DNA from: an uncultured Pseudomonadota bacterium
Lineage (GTDB): Bacteria > Pseudomonadota > Gammaproteobacteria > Steroidobacterales > Steroidobacteraceae
Length of the DNA stretch: 64,000 bases
Assembly (NCBI GenBank): GCA_963842515.1
Contig: CAWJGO010000005.1
Span: 641,125-705,124, forward strand
Reading direction: 5' to 3'
Shown here: positions 25,942 to 35,321 of the stretch, piece by piece
Numbering within the stretch: position 1 is the first letter of the stretch
How the letters are laid out: each line of letters opens with the position of its first letter
The notes under the pieces: model-generated
The model's database searches: none
Told to the model about the DNA's origin: nothing
Seen by the model: the letters and a program-made list of their open reading frames with translations, nothing else
Program-made: the position numbers and the translations under genes

Positions 25942-27339
25942 ATGAAATCAGTTCATCGTGGCCTAACTACCGGCGCCATCGCAGGCGCGGTCGTGTCCTT
26001 GACAATGGCCACAGTCAGTGGGGTTTCGCAAGCACAGACTGTGGCGCCCCATGCGGAATTTCATCGTTTCTCACCATCGACACTGCGCGTGGATCCGGAA
26101 TCGGGCGTTGCCGAAGCCCCCACCGCCGGCACGTTGGCGGTGCCGCGCGAAGGTGGCCCAAGCGGTACGTTCCGCGAAGCGCCGGCGGCATTCGACAATC
26201 GCACCAACGGGTTCGACCCGCAGGGTCCGGCGTTCGACACCATCGATGAAGACACAGTCGTGCCGCTACGCTCCTTCAACGACAATCGTTTCATCTTCGA
26301 GGAAGTCGAAGGAGTCGCCGACGGATTGGGTCCCACGTTCAACGCACAAGCCTGTCGCGAGTGCCATCAGAACATCGTGACGGGGGGCGCGAGCCAGATC
26401 GCCGAACATCGCACCGGCCGCATCGAGCTGCTGCAGTTCGTCGAATCGATCGGTGGCTCGCTCATCCAGTCGCGCTCGACACATCCCGATATTTTCGAGC
26501 GCGTGCCTTTCGAGGACGGTGTCGGCACCTTGCGTATCTCCACCAACACACTCGGGGCCGGATTCATCGAAGCGCTCGCCAATGAAACCCTGCAGGGGAT
26601 ACGCGACCGGCAGCCCGCGGCGATCCGCGGGACGGCGCTCGAGGTGGCGGTGCTCGAAGCCAACAATGCCCCGCGCATTGGACGCTTCGGGTGGAAGAGC
26701 CAGCACGCGAGCCTGGAGTCGTTCGCCGCCGATGCTTACCTCAACGAGATGGGCATCACCACGCCGGTCCTGCCGGAGGAAAATACCTCGCTGGGCCGAT
26801 TCGTTGGCTTCGGCACGCCATTCGACCGGGTGCCGGATCCCGAAGACGATGGCATCGATGTGGTGGCGTTCGCCAACTTCATGCGTGCCACCAAGGCGCC
26901 ACCGCGCGCCGCGATCACCGCGACGGTGAGGGCCGGTGAGACGTTGTTCAATTCGGTCGGTTGCAACGGCTGTCACGTCTCGACGCTGCGTACGGCGGCG
27001 CCGGGCACGCGCATCAACGGAGGGGTTTTACGGGTACGCGACGCCGTCGGGAACAAGATCATTCATCCCTACAGCGATTTCCTGCTGCACGACATCGGTA
27101 CCGGTGATGGCATCCCAGTGCTGCCAGGCGCGGCGTTTGTGTCGACGGCGACGCAGATCCGCACCGCGCCGCTCTGGGCTCTGCGCACGCGCAACCGGCT
27201 CATGCACGACGGGTTGTCATTTACCAAGCAGGAGGCCATCGCGCGCCATGCCGGTCAGGCAACGGCCGCGAGGTCGGCCTTCAATGCGCTCACGCCTGCA
27301 CAGAAGGATCAGGTGCTGGCTTTCCTCGATTCACTGTGA
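25942..27339 (+). CDS. Di-haem cytochrome c oxidoreductase/peroxidase-like protein (DUF1111 family)
   Basis: A signal peptide is present, with two CXXCH motifs (ACRECHQ, GCNGCHV). Confidence 0.85.
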   Translation: MKSVHRGLTTGAIAGAVVSLTMATVSGVSQAQTVAPHAEFHRFSPSTLRVDPESGVAEAPTAGTLAVPREGGPSGTFREAPAAFDNRTNGFDPQGPAFDTIDEDTVVPLRSFNDNRFIFEEVEGVADGLGPTFNAQACRECHQNIVTGGASQIAEHRTGRIELLQFVESIGGSLIQSRSTHPDIFERVPFEDGVGTLRISTNTLGAGFIEALANETLQGIRDRQPAAIRGTALEVAVLEANNAPRIGRFGWKSQHASLESFAADAYLNEMGITTPVLPEENTSLGRFVGFGTPFDRVPDPEDDGIDVVAFANFMRATKAPPRAAITATVRAGETLFNSVGCNGCHVSTLRTAAPGTRINGGVLRVRDAVGNKIIHPYSDFLLHDIGTGDGIPVLPGAAFVSTATQIRTAPLWALRTRNRLMHDGLSFTKQEAIARHAGQATAARSAFNALTPAQKDQVLAFLDSL

Positions 27340-27367
27340 ACTGAAGAAAAAGCTGCTTGGTGGAGGA

Positions 27368-27407
27368 GGCGGATTCTCGGGTCAATGGAGTGACCCGAGA
27401 ATCCGCC
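27368..27407. terminator. Perfect 17-bp stem hairpin between convergent genes
   Basis: GGCGGATTCTCGGGTCA-ATGGAG-TGACCCGAGAATCCGCC lies between stops 27339 (+) and 27411 (-). The flanking T/A tracts are weak. Confidence 0.6.
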
Positions 27408-27410
27408 GCA

Positions 27411-28268
27411 TTACATATCGGTGCCCTCGCGCGCCGATGTCCCGAGCGGTGCGATCGGGAATTGCATTTCGACCACGGACTCGTGCATGCGCTCGGGGTC
27501 GGGCGGCTTGAGAAATATTTCGCGGCCGGGGCCAGCCAGCGCATCGCCACTCGCTGCCAGATAGCGGCCGATTTTCGCGGTCACGAGATGGGCGTCCTCC
27601 GGCAGGCCCACGCGAACGCAGACCGCCATGCGCGTCACCGCCTCGAGCGTGCGCCGCGTGAGCGATTGCCCGGATGCGGTGCCAACGGCCTGCTCGCCGT
27701 CGATCACATAGCCGAACTCGACATCGATTTCATCCTGCTCGAAATCGGGCGAGTGCGCGATGCCGAGCAATGTGGCCTTGGGCCGCCGCGCCAGCAACGG
27801 ACGCGCCAGCTCGCGCAGCTCGAGGATGAGCCCCCGCGCGGCGGCAAACGACGGCACCGTACGGCGTAGCGACACGATCTCGCGTGCCGGTTCGGCGCGC
27901 ACGATGACGTCGTCGGCGCTCAACGTGCCATCACTCTCGAGTTGCGCGATGCGCGCCTCGATCTGCTGCAGCCTGCGTGCCTCCAGTGACAAAGTCTGCT
28001 CGACGTCGTTACGCCGCAGCATCAAGAGATTGCGCAACTCCGCCGAATTCACCTTCGAGCGCAGGATGTCGCGCACCTGCTCGAGATTGAATCCCAGTTC
28101 CTTGAGCACCAGGATGCGGTTCAACTCCGCGAGTTGTGTGACTGCGTAGTAGCGATAGCCCGTCTGCTGGTTAGCGTGCGCCGGCACTAACAAGCCGAGC
28201 TCATCGTAGAAACGCAGCAGGCGCGCGGAGACGCGGGCGATGCGCGAGAAGTCACCGATTCTGAACAT
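27411..28268 (-). CDS. MerR family transcriptional regulator with a GyrI-like effector domain
   Basis: Start at MFRIGDFSRIARVSARLLRFYDELGLLVPAHANQQTGYRYY (ATG 28268). The ORF-track extension to 28442 was rejected. Confidence 0.9.
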   Translation of the reverse strand: MFRIGDFSRIARVSARLLRFYDELGLLVPAHANQQTGYRYYAVTQLAELNRILVLKELGFNLEQVRDILRSKVNSAELRNLLMLRRNDVEQTLSLEARRLQQIEARIAQLESDGTLSADDVIVRAEPAREIVSLRRTVPSFAAARGLILELRELARPLLARRPKATLLGIAHSPDFEQDEIDVEFGYVIDGEQAVGTASGQSLTRRTLEAVTRMAVCVRVGLPEDAHLVTAKIGRYLAASGDALAGPGREIFLKPPDPERMHESVVEMQFPIAPLGTSAREGTDM

Positions 28269-28935
28269 GCCAGTCCCGCGTAAGTCCCATGGAGTCGACC
28301 ACCGGCTGCTCGCGGCGAAGCGCTTCGGCCATCGCCGGATGTTGCACGACGCGGTCGAACATCCCGGCGAGCCGGGGAAAGCGCGCGCGATACAGGTCGA
28401 AGCCGATGTATTGATAGGTGATGAGGTTCGACGCCACCGCAAAGTCGGCGACGGTCACCTGGTTGCTCACGAGAAACTCGCCGCCAATCGCCGAATCCAG
28501 ATACCCGAACATTTCCGGCACGGCCGTGGCGAGCACCGCATCGACTCGCTTCTGGTTGCTGGCCACCTGGTGGATTTTCGGGAAGACGAAAGTTTCGTGA
28601 AACAACGGATGAACGACCTCGCGAAACAGGGCGCCGGCGTACTGCTCGAACGACAGCGCCAACGCATAGTCACGCGCATCGGCAGGGTAAACCGGTTGCG
28701 CTGGATGAACCCGCTCGAGGTAGGCGCAGATCGCGGCCGAATCCGCCACGGTGAAATCGCCATCCGTGAGCGCGGGTATTTTGCCCGTGGGACTCAAGTC
28801 CCGCCAATTGTCGGGCGGATTGCCGGGAACGACCGGAACAACGGGGATCACTTCGTGCGCCAGGCCCTTGGCCAGCGCCACGACGATGACTTTGCGGGTG
28901 TGAACGGAGATGGGAACGCCATAGATCTTCAGCAC
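28252..28935 (-). CDS. Glutathione S-transferase
   Basis: MLKIYGVPISVHTRKVIVVALAKG...GKIPALTDGDFTVADSAAICAYLE. It overlaps the MerR start by 17 nt. Confidence 0.9.
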   Translation of the reverse strand: MLKIYGVPISVHTRKVIVVALAKGLAHEVIPVVPVVPGNPPDNWRDLSPTGKIPALTDGDFTVADSAAICAYLERVHPAQPVYPADARDYALALSFEQYAGALFREVVHPLFHETFVFPKIHQVASNQKRVDAVLATAVPEMFGYLDSAIGGEFLVSNQVTVADFAVASNLITYQYIGFDLYRARFPRLAGMFDRVVQHPAMAEALRREQPVVDSMGLTRDWHVQNR

Positions 28936-28978
28936 GGCCGGCTCCTTGGGTTGGGAGCCTGGACGGTGCGGCTTGACG

Positions 28979-31144
28979 CTACGGCAAGGTCAAGTGCCGG
29001 CTGCGGCGGGCGACTTCGATGTCCTCGGCCACCTCGCCGCGGACTCGTTCCCAATGGAACAGGTTGTCCGGGTTGGCGTCGAACGAGTTGCCGTTGTAGT
29101 GCGTGAGTTTCATGTCCCTGTAGATGGGGCGCGTGATGCGGATCACCTCATCCCATTGGTCCAGTGCTTTGCGCAGGTGCCCGATGGCCGCCTGCGATTG
29201 CCGCTCGTCGCCGCTGTGCCTGAACATCTGCAGCGCCACCGCGCCGCGCAGTTTTTCGGCCAGATGCAGGCCGAGATGCGCCCAGGTCTTCACGTCGGCG
29301 ACTTCATAGCGCAGCGACGCATCGCGCGTCGTATCGATGCGTTCGACGAGGCGCAGCGCCTCTCGGTTGTCACGCTCGAGCATGTCGATGAGCCTCGGCG
29401 GGGTGATGCGATCAGCGGGAAACGCGGTGCCATCACCAAGCGCCTTGACGTATTCGGCCACCGAGACATAGGCCGGATCCATGGGCGGTTGTTTGATCAG
29501 CGCATCGACGCCGATGTATCTGGTGTGTTCACCCTGCAGCGCGAGCATTCCCTCGCTGTACAGCGTGAAGTCCCAGCGGGAGTCATAGAGAGACGCGAGG
29601 CGCAGCTGCGTACTCGAAGCCCGGCCGTACGCGCGCAGCAGGTTGCGCGCTGTTTCGCCGTAGCGGCGGGTGAATTCCGCCTGAAATATGGAATCGTCCG
29701 TCTTCGGGTCGTACAGCAGGCGGCCCCATAGCTTGTAGAACAGCCATTGACGCTGGAAGGCCCATGTCCACGTCACCGGTTCCTTCGTCCCGGTGAAGTA
29801 GTCGAGCGCGGGAATGTAGGTCTCCGATCCGACGAAGTAACCACCCACATATGCCTGCGCGCCATCCTTGCTGCCATTCTGGGCAATATGCTGGCGGATG
29901 AAGTCGGGAACGCCCCAGCGCAGCGCGAAGAAATCCTCGTTACGAACCTGCCAGACGATTTTGTAGTTGGTGGGCAGCGGCTTGAAGTAGGTGTCGCCGA
30001 GCGCTCCGCCGTGCACTTTCACGAGTTTCGGCGTGGAGTGGCCATGCGACCAGTTGAATTTCATCTCCACCCAGATGGGACCCGCGAATTTACGCCCAAG
30101 CTTTTCCATGGCAGCGCGCGTGACCTGCTCGACGTCGGAACTGACGCCGGGCCCCGATGAAAGGCCGGAGGAGAACGGCACGCGGTGGATGAGTTTCACG
30201 GGTTGCGCACGCTTCACGGCGAGTGCGCCGGCGATATACACCTCATCCACGAACTGCTGGCGCTGCAAGGGCGTCATGCCCCCCATGCCTTCGCCGTGCG
30301 ACACGCCGATGCCATCGAGATCGGGATATTCCTCGAGCATCTGCGTCACGCTTTGGCGAAGGTAGCGCTTGGTGACTTCAGAGGTGTCGCCGTTGACGTA
30401 GTAGTGCGGATAGAAATTCTGCCCGCCGAGTTCGTGCGCTTTGGAAAACTCCTCGCTCACGAAGATGCTCCAGAACACCACGTAGGTGTCGAGCCCGCGT
30501 TCCTTGGCCATGCGGAATATTTCGCGATACAGGTGCTGCCACGCGGCGAATTCCGCAGCCGACCACTTGCTGGCCTCGGGAAAATTCGCGGGCCGGATCA
30601 TGTAGGTGAACGGATGCATGGTCCAGAGGCTCACCGCGTTGAAGCGGTTCTCGACCATCATGTCGAGGAAGGCTTCCCAGAATCTCAAGTCACGCGCCGT
30701 GGCGTAATGCTGGTCGAGCGCTGTGCTCGGCCGATAGGTGTCCCACGGCGTGTTGAACTTGATGCCGCGGAATTCGAGCGCGGGTTTGCCACTGAAGGCG
30801 CGCAGTTTGCCGGGCGGCGTGCCATTGCGTGCCTGCTCGGCCACCGCCAGCGCGCCGTAAATGAGACCGCGCGCATCGCCGCCGGCGACCGCGATGTTCT
30901 TGCCGCTGACGGTGACGCTGAAGCCCTCCGCGGCTGCGAGCGCCGAATCGACCGTGAGCGTGACGCGATATTCGGCGCGGTCCGCGCGCACCGAGTGACC
31001 GCCGGCAACGAGCGCCGCGCCTAACTTCCGCGCCGCGTAGGCGCTCTGCGCGGTATTCGCGCCGTCGAGAATGGAGATCGTCGCCGCCTGGGCACTGGCC
31101 GTGAAGGCGAGACAGGCGATCGCGGAACGAAAAAGAATTCTCAC
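28979..31144 (-). CDS. Secreted putative glycoside hydrolase (GH20b/GH67N-like N-terminal domain + TIM-barrel-like body), family unassigned
   Basis: GTG start. Signal peptide MRILFRSAIACLAFTASAQA. The N-domain pattern is GFSVTVSGKNIAVAGGDARGLIYGALAVAEQ, followed by LEFRGIKFNTPWD. Confidence 0.7.
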   Translation of the reverse strand: MRILFRSAIACLAFTASAQAATISILDGANTAQSAYAARKLGAALVAGGHSVRADRAEYRVTLTVDSALAAAEGFSVTVSGKNIAVAGGDARGLIYGALAVAEQARNGTPPGKLRAFSGKPALEFRGIKFNTPWDTYRPSTALDQHYATARDLRFWEAFLDMMVENRFNAVSLWTMHPFTYMIRPANFPEASKWSAAEFAAWQHLYREIFRMAKERGLDTYVVFWSIFVSEEFSKAHELGGQNFYPHYYVNGDTSEVTKRYLRQSVTQMLEEYPDLDGIGVSHGEGMGGMTPLQRQQFVDEVYIAGALAVKRAQPVKLIHRVPFSSGLSSGPGVSSDVEQVTRAAMEKLGRKFAGPIWVEMKFNWSHGHSTPKLVKVHGGALGDTYFKPLPTNYKIVWQVRNEDFFALRWGVPDFIRQHIAQNGSKDGAQAYVGGYFVGSETYIPALDYFTGTKEPVTWTWAFQRQWLFYKLWGRLLYDPKTDDSIFQAEFTRRYGETARNLLRAYGRASSTQLRLASLYDSRWDFTLYSEGMLALQGEHTRYIGVDALIKQPPMDPAYVSVAEYVKALGDGTAFPADRITPPRLIDMLERDNREALRLVERIDTTRDASLRYEVADVKTWAHLGLHLAEKLRGAVALQMFRHSGDERQSQAAIGHLRKALDQWDEVIRITRPIYRDMKLTHYNGNSFDANPDNLFHWERVRGEVAEDIEVARRSRHLTLP

Positions 31145-31191
31145 GGGTTGTTAGGTCAAGGCGGCGCTGACGGATGCCTAGGATACGCGAC

Positions 31192-31650
31192 TCAGAAACC
31201 CTGGGTCCACACCTTGACCTCGGGGTCGGCCTGCAGCGAGAGCGTCTTGCCGAAGGCGTATCGGCCTTCGGCATCCCGCGTGAACGGCAGGTAGAAGATG
31301 ATCGCGAATGCGCGCTGGTGCTCCACGAGAATTCTGATCGCACGGGTCGCCGCGATACCGGGAATTTCCGGTACGCATTCGGCGACGCCGACGGCGAGCA
31401 GCTCCTTCTCGTTGGCCATCGCTCGCAGACCGTCATAAAGCATCGGCAGGATGTGCCGGGCGTGCGCGAAACCGTCCGGCGTATTGCACATGGCGCCGAC
31501 CATCGTCACCTTGCCCTCGCTGGTGAGCACAGCGGCGTGAGGCAGAAAATCTCCGTGCTCGCGCAACAATTTCTCGCTGCGTTCGACCAGGGGTGCCGCC
31601 AGGGCACCCAGGTCGGGCTTGACGACGGCGTAGAGGTCCGGCTCGTTCAT
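31192..31650 (-). CDS. Hypothetical protein (152 aa)
   Basis: This is the only protein-like part of the 464-aa ORF 31192-32586. The rest is antisense to the SDR gene. Starts at MNEPDLYAVVKPDLGALAAPLVERSEKLLREHG. Confidence 0.5.
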   Translation of the reverse strand: MNEPDLYAVVKPDLGALAAPLVERSEKLLREHGDFLPHAAVLTSEGKVTMVGAMCNTPDGFAHARHILPMLYDGLRAMANEKELLAVGVAECVPEIPGIAATRAIRILVEHQRAFAIIFYLPFTRDAEGRYAFGKTLSLQADPEVKVWTQGF

Positions 31651-31764
31651 GTGCTCAGCGCGGTGACTGCCCAGGCCCGTCAGGAAGTTGGTGCATGAGG
31701 TCCTCGTGCATCCGTTTGGTGAGCCGCATCGTACAGGCGGTCCAGGCATGTTAGAACTACTTCG

Positions 31765-32595
31765 ATGAATATGACACCAAACAAGACTCAGCACTGCGTC
31801 CTCATCACTGGTGCATCGTCGGGCATCGGCGCCGGCCTGGCGCGCGAATTCGGGCGCTGCGGAATGCACGTCGCATTGACCGCACGCCGTGCCGAGCGCC
31901 TGGAAGCGCTGGCGATCGAGCTGCGCGCGGCGGGTGGAAACGCCACCGCACATCGCGCGGACGTCACCGTCGATGGCGATATCGCGCGCGTGGTCAGCGA
32001 GCTCGCGGCGATCGGCGTGACACCGCACATCGTGGTGGCCAATGCCGGCTTTGGCGTAGTCGGCAACGCCCAGCACCTGACGCTGGATGATTACCGCCGG
32101 CAATTCGACACCAATGTGTACGGTGTTCTGCGCACCTTTCACGAGACCATCGCCAGCCTGAGCGCCACTCACGGCCGCTTCGTGATCATGGGCAGCGTGG
32201 CGGGTTACCTTTCGGGAGCGGGTAGCTCGGCTTACTCGATGAGCAAGTTTGCAGTGCGTTCGCTGGCCGAGTCGCTGCACGGAGAACTGCGCGCGGCGGG
32301 AGTGGGCTGTACGCTGATTTCGCCGGGGTTCATCGATTCCGATATCCGGCGAGTCGACAACCATGGCGGGTTGCACGCGCAGGTGAGGGACCCGGTCCCG
32401 GCATGGCTGCGCATGGAGACGCGCAAGGCGGCGCGCATCATGGTGCGCGGCATCCTGCGCGGCAGCAAAGAAGTCATCGTCACCGTGCACGCCAGGCTCA
32501 TCGTGTTCATGGCGCGCAACCTGCCGAGGCTGACACGCTGGCTGCTGCTGCGCGCGAACCAACGCTCGCGCCCGGAGCCCAGGCACCAGAGCTAG
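31765..32595 (+). CDS. SDR family oxidoreductase
   Basis: TGASSGIGAGLAREF and YSMSK (YxxxK). Confidence 0.9.
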   Translation: MNMTPNKTQHCVLITGASSGIGAGLAREFGRCGMHVALTARRAERLEALAIELRAAGGNATAHRADVTVDGDIARVVSELAAIGVTPHIVVANAGFGVVGNAQHLTLDDYRRQFDTNVYGVLRTFHETIASLSATHGRFVIMGSVAGYLSGAGSSAYSMSKFAVRSLAESLHGELRAAGVGCTLISPGFIDSDIRRVDNHGGLHAQVRDPVPAWLRMETRKAARIMVRGILRGSKEVIVTVHARLIVFMARNLPRLTRWLLLRANQRSRPEPRHQS

Positions 32596-33243
32596 TTAGC
32601 CGCGCTTCTGCAAAACCACATGAGTGGCGTTCGGTGTGTTCACGAATTCCGTTCGTTCGAATCCAAGCGCCAGCAGATCGAAACCAGCCAGCAGATGTTC
32701 GCCGGTGCCCAGCAAAACCGGGGTCATGGCGAGGTGCATCTCATCGACGAGCCCTGCTGCAAGATACTGGCGGATCGTCGCGACGCCGCCGCCGATGCGG
32801 ATGTCTTTACCGCCCGCGGCATCACGGGCGCGCGCCAAGGCGTCGTGGACACCGTCACAGATGAAGTGAAAGGTGGTCCCACCCTTCATCTGGACGCTGG
32901 GCCGTTGATGATGCGTGAGCACGAAGACCGGCGTGTGATAGGGCGGCTCATCGCCCCACCAACCCTTCCAGCTTTCGTCGGGCCACGGTCCGCGCACGGG
33001 GCCGAACATGTTGCGGCCGAGAATCCACGCGCCGATATTGTCCATGCCGCGCACGGCCAAATCGTTGTCCGCACCGGTGGTACCACCGGTCTTGCCGTAC
33101 ATCTTCCGGAACATCTGCGTAGTCACCAGCCACTCGTGCAGCGCCTCGCCGCCGACACCGAGAGGTTCCTGCACATCCTGGCGCGGCCCCGCCCCGTAGC
33201 CGTCGAAGGACAGCGAAAAATTGCTCACGCGCACTTTGCTCAT
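32596..33243 (-). CDS. Dihydrofolate reductase-like (RibD C-terminal domain) family protein
   Basis: MSKVRVSNFSLSFDGYGAGPRQDVQEPLGVGGEALHEWL... is typical of the RibD_C/DHFR-like family. Confidence 0.9.
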   Translation of the reverse strand: MSKVRVSNFSLSFDGYGAGPRQDVQEPLGVGGEALHEWLVTTQMFRKMYGKTGGTTGADNDLAVRGMDNIGAWILGRNMFGPVRGPWPDESWKGWWGDEPPYHTPVFVLTHHQRPSVQMKGGTTFHFICDGVHDALARARDAAGGKDIRIGGGVATIRQYLAAGLVDEMHLAMTPVLLGTGEHLLAGFDLLALGFERTEFVNTPNATHVVLQKRG

Positions 33244-33306
33244 CTCGATGGCTCCTGCCAGGGGACATCCGCGATTAGTCCCGTGAGACGCGCTGAAGTT
33301 CGCGCG

Positions 33307-33927
33307 TCAACGCGCTTCGAGCGTCGTCTTGAGTCTGGCGAGCGCTTCGCCCCAGGCGCGCCTGTACCCGTCGGCCTCGGCACGCGTCTGCAGCCGCTCG
33401 ATGCTGACCATCACGGTGCATCTATCGCCCTTGGCTTCGAACTTGATTTCGACGGGGGTAGGCAGCGTGAGCCCTTCATCTTCCGCAATGAGCCTGATGT
33501 TCTTGCCGGCACTCGCCTTCTTGATCGTCGCGCGATTGCCGTCGGCATTGCGCCAGTGGCCGCCGTCGCGCAGCTCGACGTCATGCTGGAGGCCGAACCA
33601 TTGGTCGAGCGCCTTGGCGCTGGCGAAAGCCGCGTAGCAGTCTGCTGCACTGGCCTTGATGCTCTTGGTGGGGCAGATGGAGAAGCCCTTGGGGTTGCCG
33701 TCCTTGGCAAGGTCGCCGCGCGCGATTTCGTATTCGGCGACGACCGTGGCGCTCCACCACGGATCGACCTTGTTGTCCTGCATGAGCCAGTGGCTCAGCG
33801 TGCGGCGTCCGAGCGCGGCGCCGCCATGCTTGTCGAGCGCTTTGAACCACTCGGCAAGGGATTTGCCGGTGGCATTCTTGCAAGAGGTCTCGCTGACCGC
33901 GTGATCGGCCTTGCGCTCGACTTTCAT
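33307..33927 (-). CDS. DUF4287 + SRPBCC (Aha1-like) two-domain protein
   Basis: ATG 33927 overlaps the upstream stop (ATGA). The N-terminus is NATGKSLAEWFKALDKHGGAALGRRTLSHWL. The C-terminus is SRPBCC-like. Confidence 0.8.
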   Translation of the reverse strand: MKVERKADHAVSETSCKNATGKSLAEWFKALDKHGGAALGRRTLSHWLMQDNKVDPWWSATVVAEYEIARGDLAKDGNPKGFSICPTKSIKASAADCYAAFASAKALDQWFGLQHDVELRDGGHWRNADGNRATIKKASAGKNIRLIAEDEGLTLPTPVEIKFEAKGDRCTVMVSIERLQTRAEADGYRRAWGEALARLKTTLEAR

Positions 33928-34355
33928 TGCGGGCAGGGGAGCTGCGCGCAGTCGTTGCACGGCAGCAGGGCGAGGGCCAGGCCGATGATGGTGAACTGCA
34001 GCGTGTGATAACCGCCGTTGATCAGGAACAGCTTGAGGCTCTTGCGCTCGAACAGATAGTTGATGCCGAAACTGCTGGCGACCCACAGCAGTCCCGCCGA
34101 AGCGCCGACGCCGGCGCCAAACGCGATCGACGGGCGAGGTCCGAGGAAATTCGCGAAATTCCAGGCGGCGAGCAACGACAGTACCAGCGACAGGCCGAAG
34201 ATCTTGAGCATGTTTCCGTTCTTGATCTGCTCGTCGGTCAAGCCAGCCTCACGCTGCCAGACCTTGCCGAACAGCACCGGCGAATACCACAGGCCGCCTA
34301 ACAGGAAACTCCCGACAGCGGCAACGACGACGGCGATCCAGTTGATTTCAGGCAT
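33924..34355 (-). CDS. DUF1761 membrane protein
   Basis: MPEINWIAVVVAAVGSFLLGGLWYSPVLFGKVWQREAGL... Confidence 0.8.
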   Translation of the reverse strand: MPEINWIAVVVAAVGSFLLGGLWYSPVLFGKVWQREAGLTDEQIKNGNMLKIFGLSLVLSLLAAWNFANFLGPRPSIAFGAGVGASAGLLWVASSFGINYLFERKSLKLFLINGGYHTLQFTIIGLALALLPCNDCAQLPCPQ

Positions 34356-34445
34356 GACGCCCTCCCTTCATTGTTGTGCGGCAATCTTGCGCGTCGCGCG
34401 GCGCGGCGTCTTGGAAAAATGGGAAGTGAGGAATGTCCCGCTTTC

Positions 34446-35321
34446 CTACCTCAAGACGACGCTCTGCGAATCCGGGCGGTCGCGGCGGGCGAGCTCGCCA
34501 GGGGAGAAGCCGGTGAAGCGGCGAAACTCGTTGATCAGATGCGACTGGTCGTAATACCCGCATTGCTCCGCAAGCGCTGCCCATGGCACCTCGCCGTCGC
34601 CGGAATTGAGCAGGACCAAAGCCTCGCGAAAACGGTGAATGCGCGCCAGCGACTTCGGGCTGACGCCCACCTGCTGTTGAAACAGGTTACCGAGGTGCTT
34701 GCGCGTGTACCCGGTCTGCGTCGCGAGATCTTCGATGGACACCCGCCCGCCACTCGCGGCGATGCGATCCACGGCCCAGCGCACGGCAGGGTGTACCACG
34801 GTGCGGGGTTTCAGACGGGCCAGCAACCAGCGCTCGACGCACTTGAAACGCGCTTCCAGTGATGCGGTGTTCAACAGCCGCTCGCGCAGGCGCAGCGCGC
34901 CATCGCCGAGCGCATCCGCCAGCGCAATGATCCGGTCGGTGAGTCCGTCCATGCGCGCCCCGAGCCAGGGGAAAGTGCCCTGGCCCAGGAATGCCACGCC
35001 TAACAAGGCATTGCCGTGCGGCGCCTCGGTATCGATGGGGCCCTGATGCAGGCCCGAGTACCACACGTCGATGAAAGGCACGCGCCGCTCGGGCGGCCCG
35101 GGCTCGATGCGGTACTGCGGCGGCCCAAGGTTGATCAGCAGCTGACTTTGTCCCGACGGCAGGATGCGATCCCGCTGGTAGGCAACTTTGCCTTCGCCGA
35201 ACCACATGCTCGCCACGATGTCCGCAAGTCGCGGGTCGGTGCGCCACACACTCACGCGCCAGTGGCCGATGGGCGACTGATGGGTGAATGTCTGGATGTT
35301 GCCAATCAGTCGTTGCGCCAT
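34446..35321 (-). CDS. AraC family transcriptional regulator
   Basis: The C-terminal double HTH is IEDLATQTGYTRKHLGNLFQQQVGVSPKSLARIHRF...CGYYDQSHLINEFRRFTGFSP. The start is taken at MAQRLIGN (35321). Confidence 0.85.
   Translation of the reverse strand: MAQRLIGNIQTFTHQSPIGHWRVSVWRTDPRLADIVASMWFGEGKVAYQRDRILPSGQSQLLINLGPPQYRIEPGPPERRVPFIDVWYSGLHQGPIDTEAPHGNALLGVAFLGQGTFPWLGARMDGLTDRIIALADALGDGALRLRERLLNTASLEARFKCVERWLLARLKPRTVVHPAVRWAVDRIAASGGRVSIEDLATQTGYTRKHLGNLFQQQVGVSPKSLARIHRFREALVLLNSGDGEVPWAALAEQCGYYDQSHLINEFRRFTGFSPGELARRDRPDSQSVVLR

Noticed and set aside
31651-32586. Upstream extensions of maximal ORFs (here 31192-32586; also 42677-44110, 39586-40707, 38781-39545, 54853-55815, 27411-28442, 33307-34086)
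   Set aside because: The extended N-terminal parts are low-complexity Arg/His/Pro-rich and overlap neighbouring real genes. Conserved family N-termini and 4-nt stop/start overlaps identify internal starts instead.
32620-34008. 462-aa plus-strand ORF spanning three minus-strand genes
   Set aside because: It runs antisense to well-supported genes (DHFR-like, DUF4287/SRPBCC, DUF1761). Its Arg/Ala/Gly/His-rich composition is typical of off-frame translation in GC-rich DNA. No recognisable motifs.
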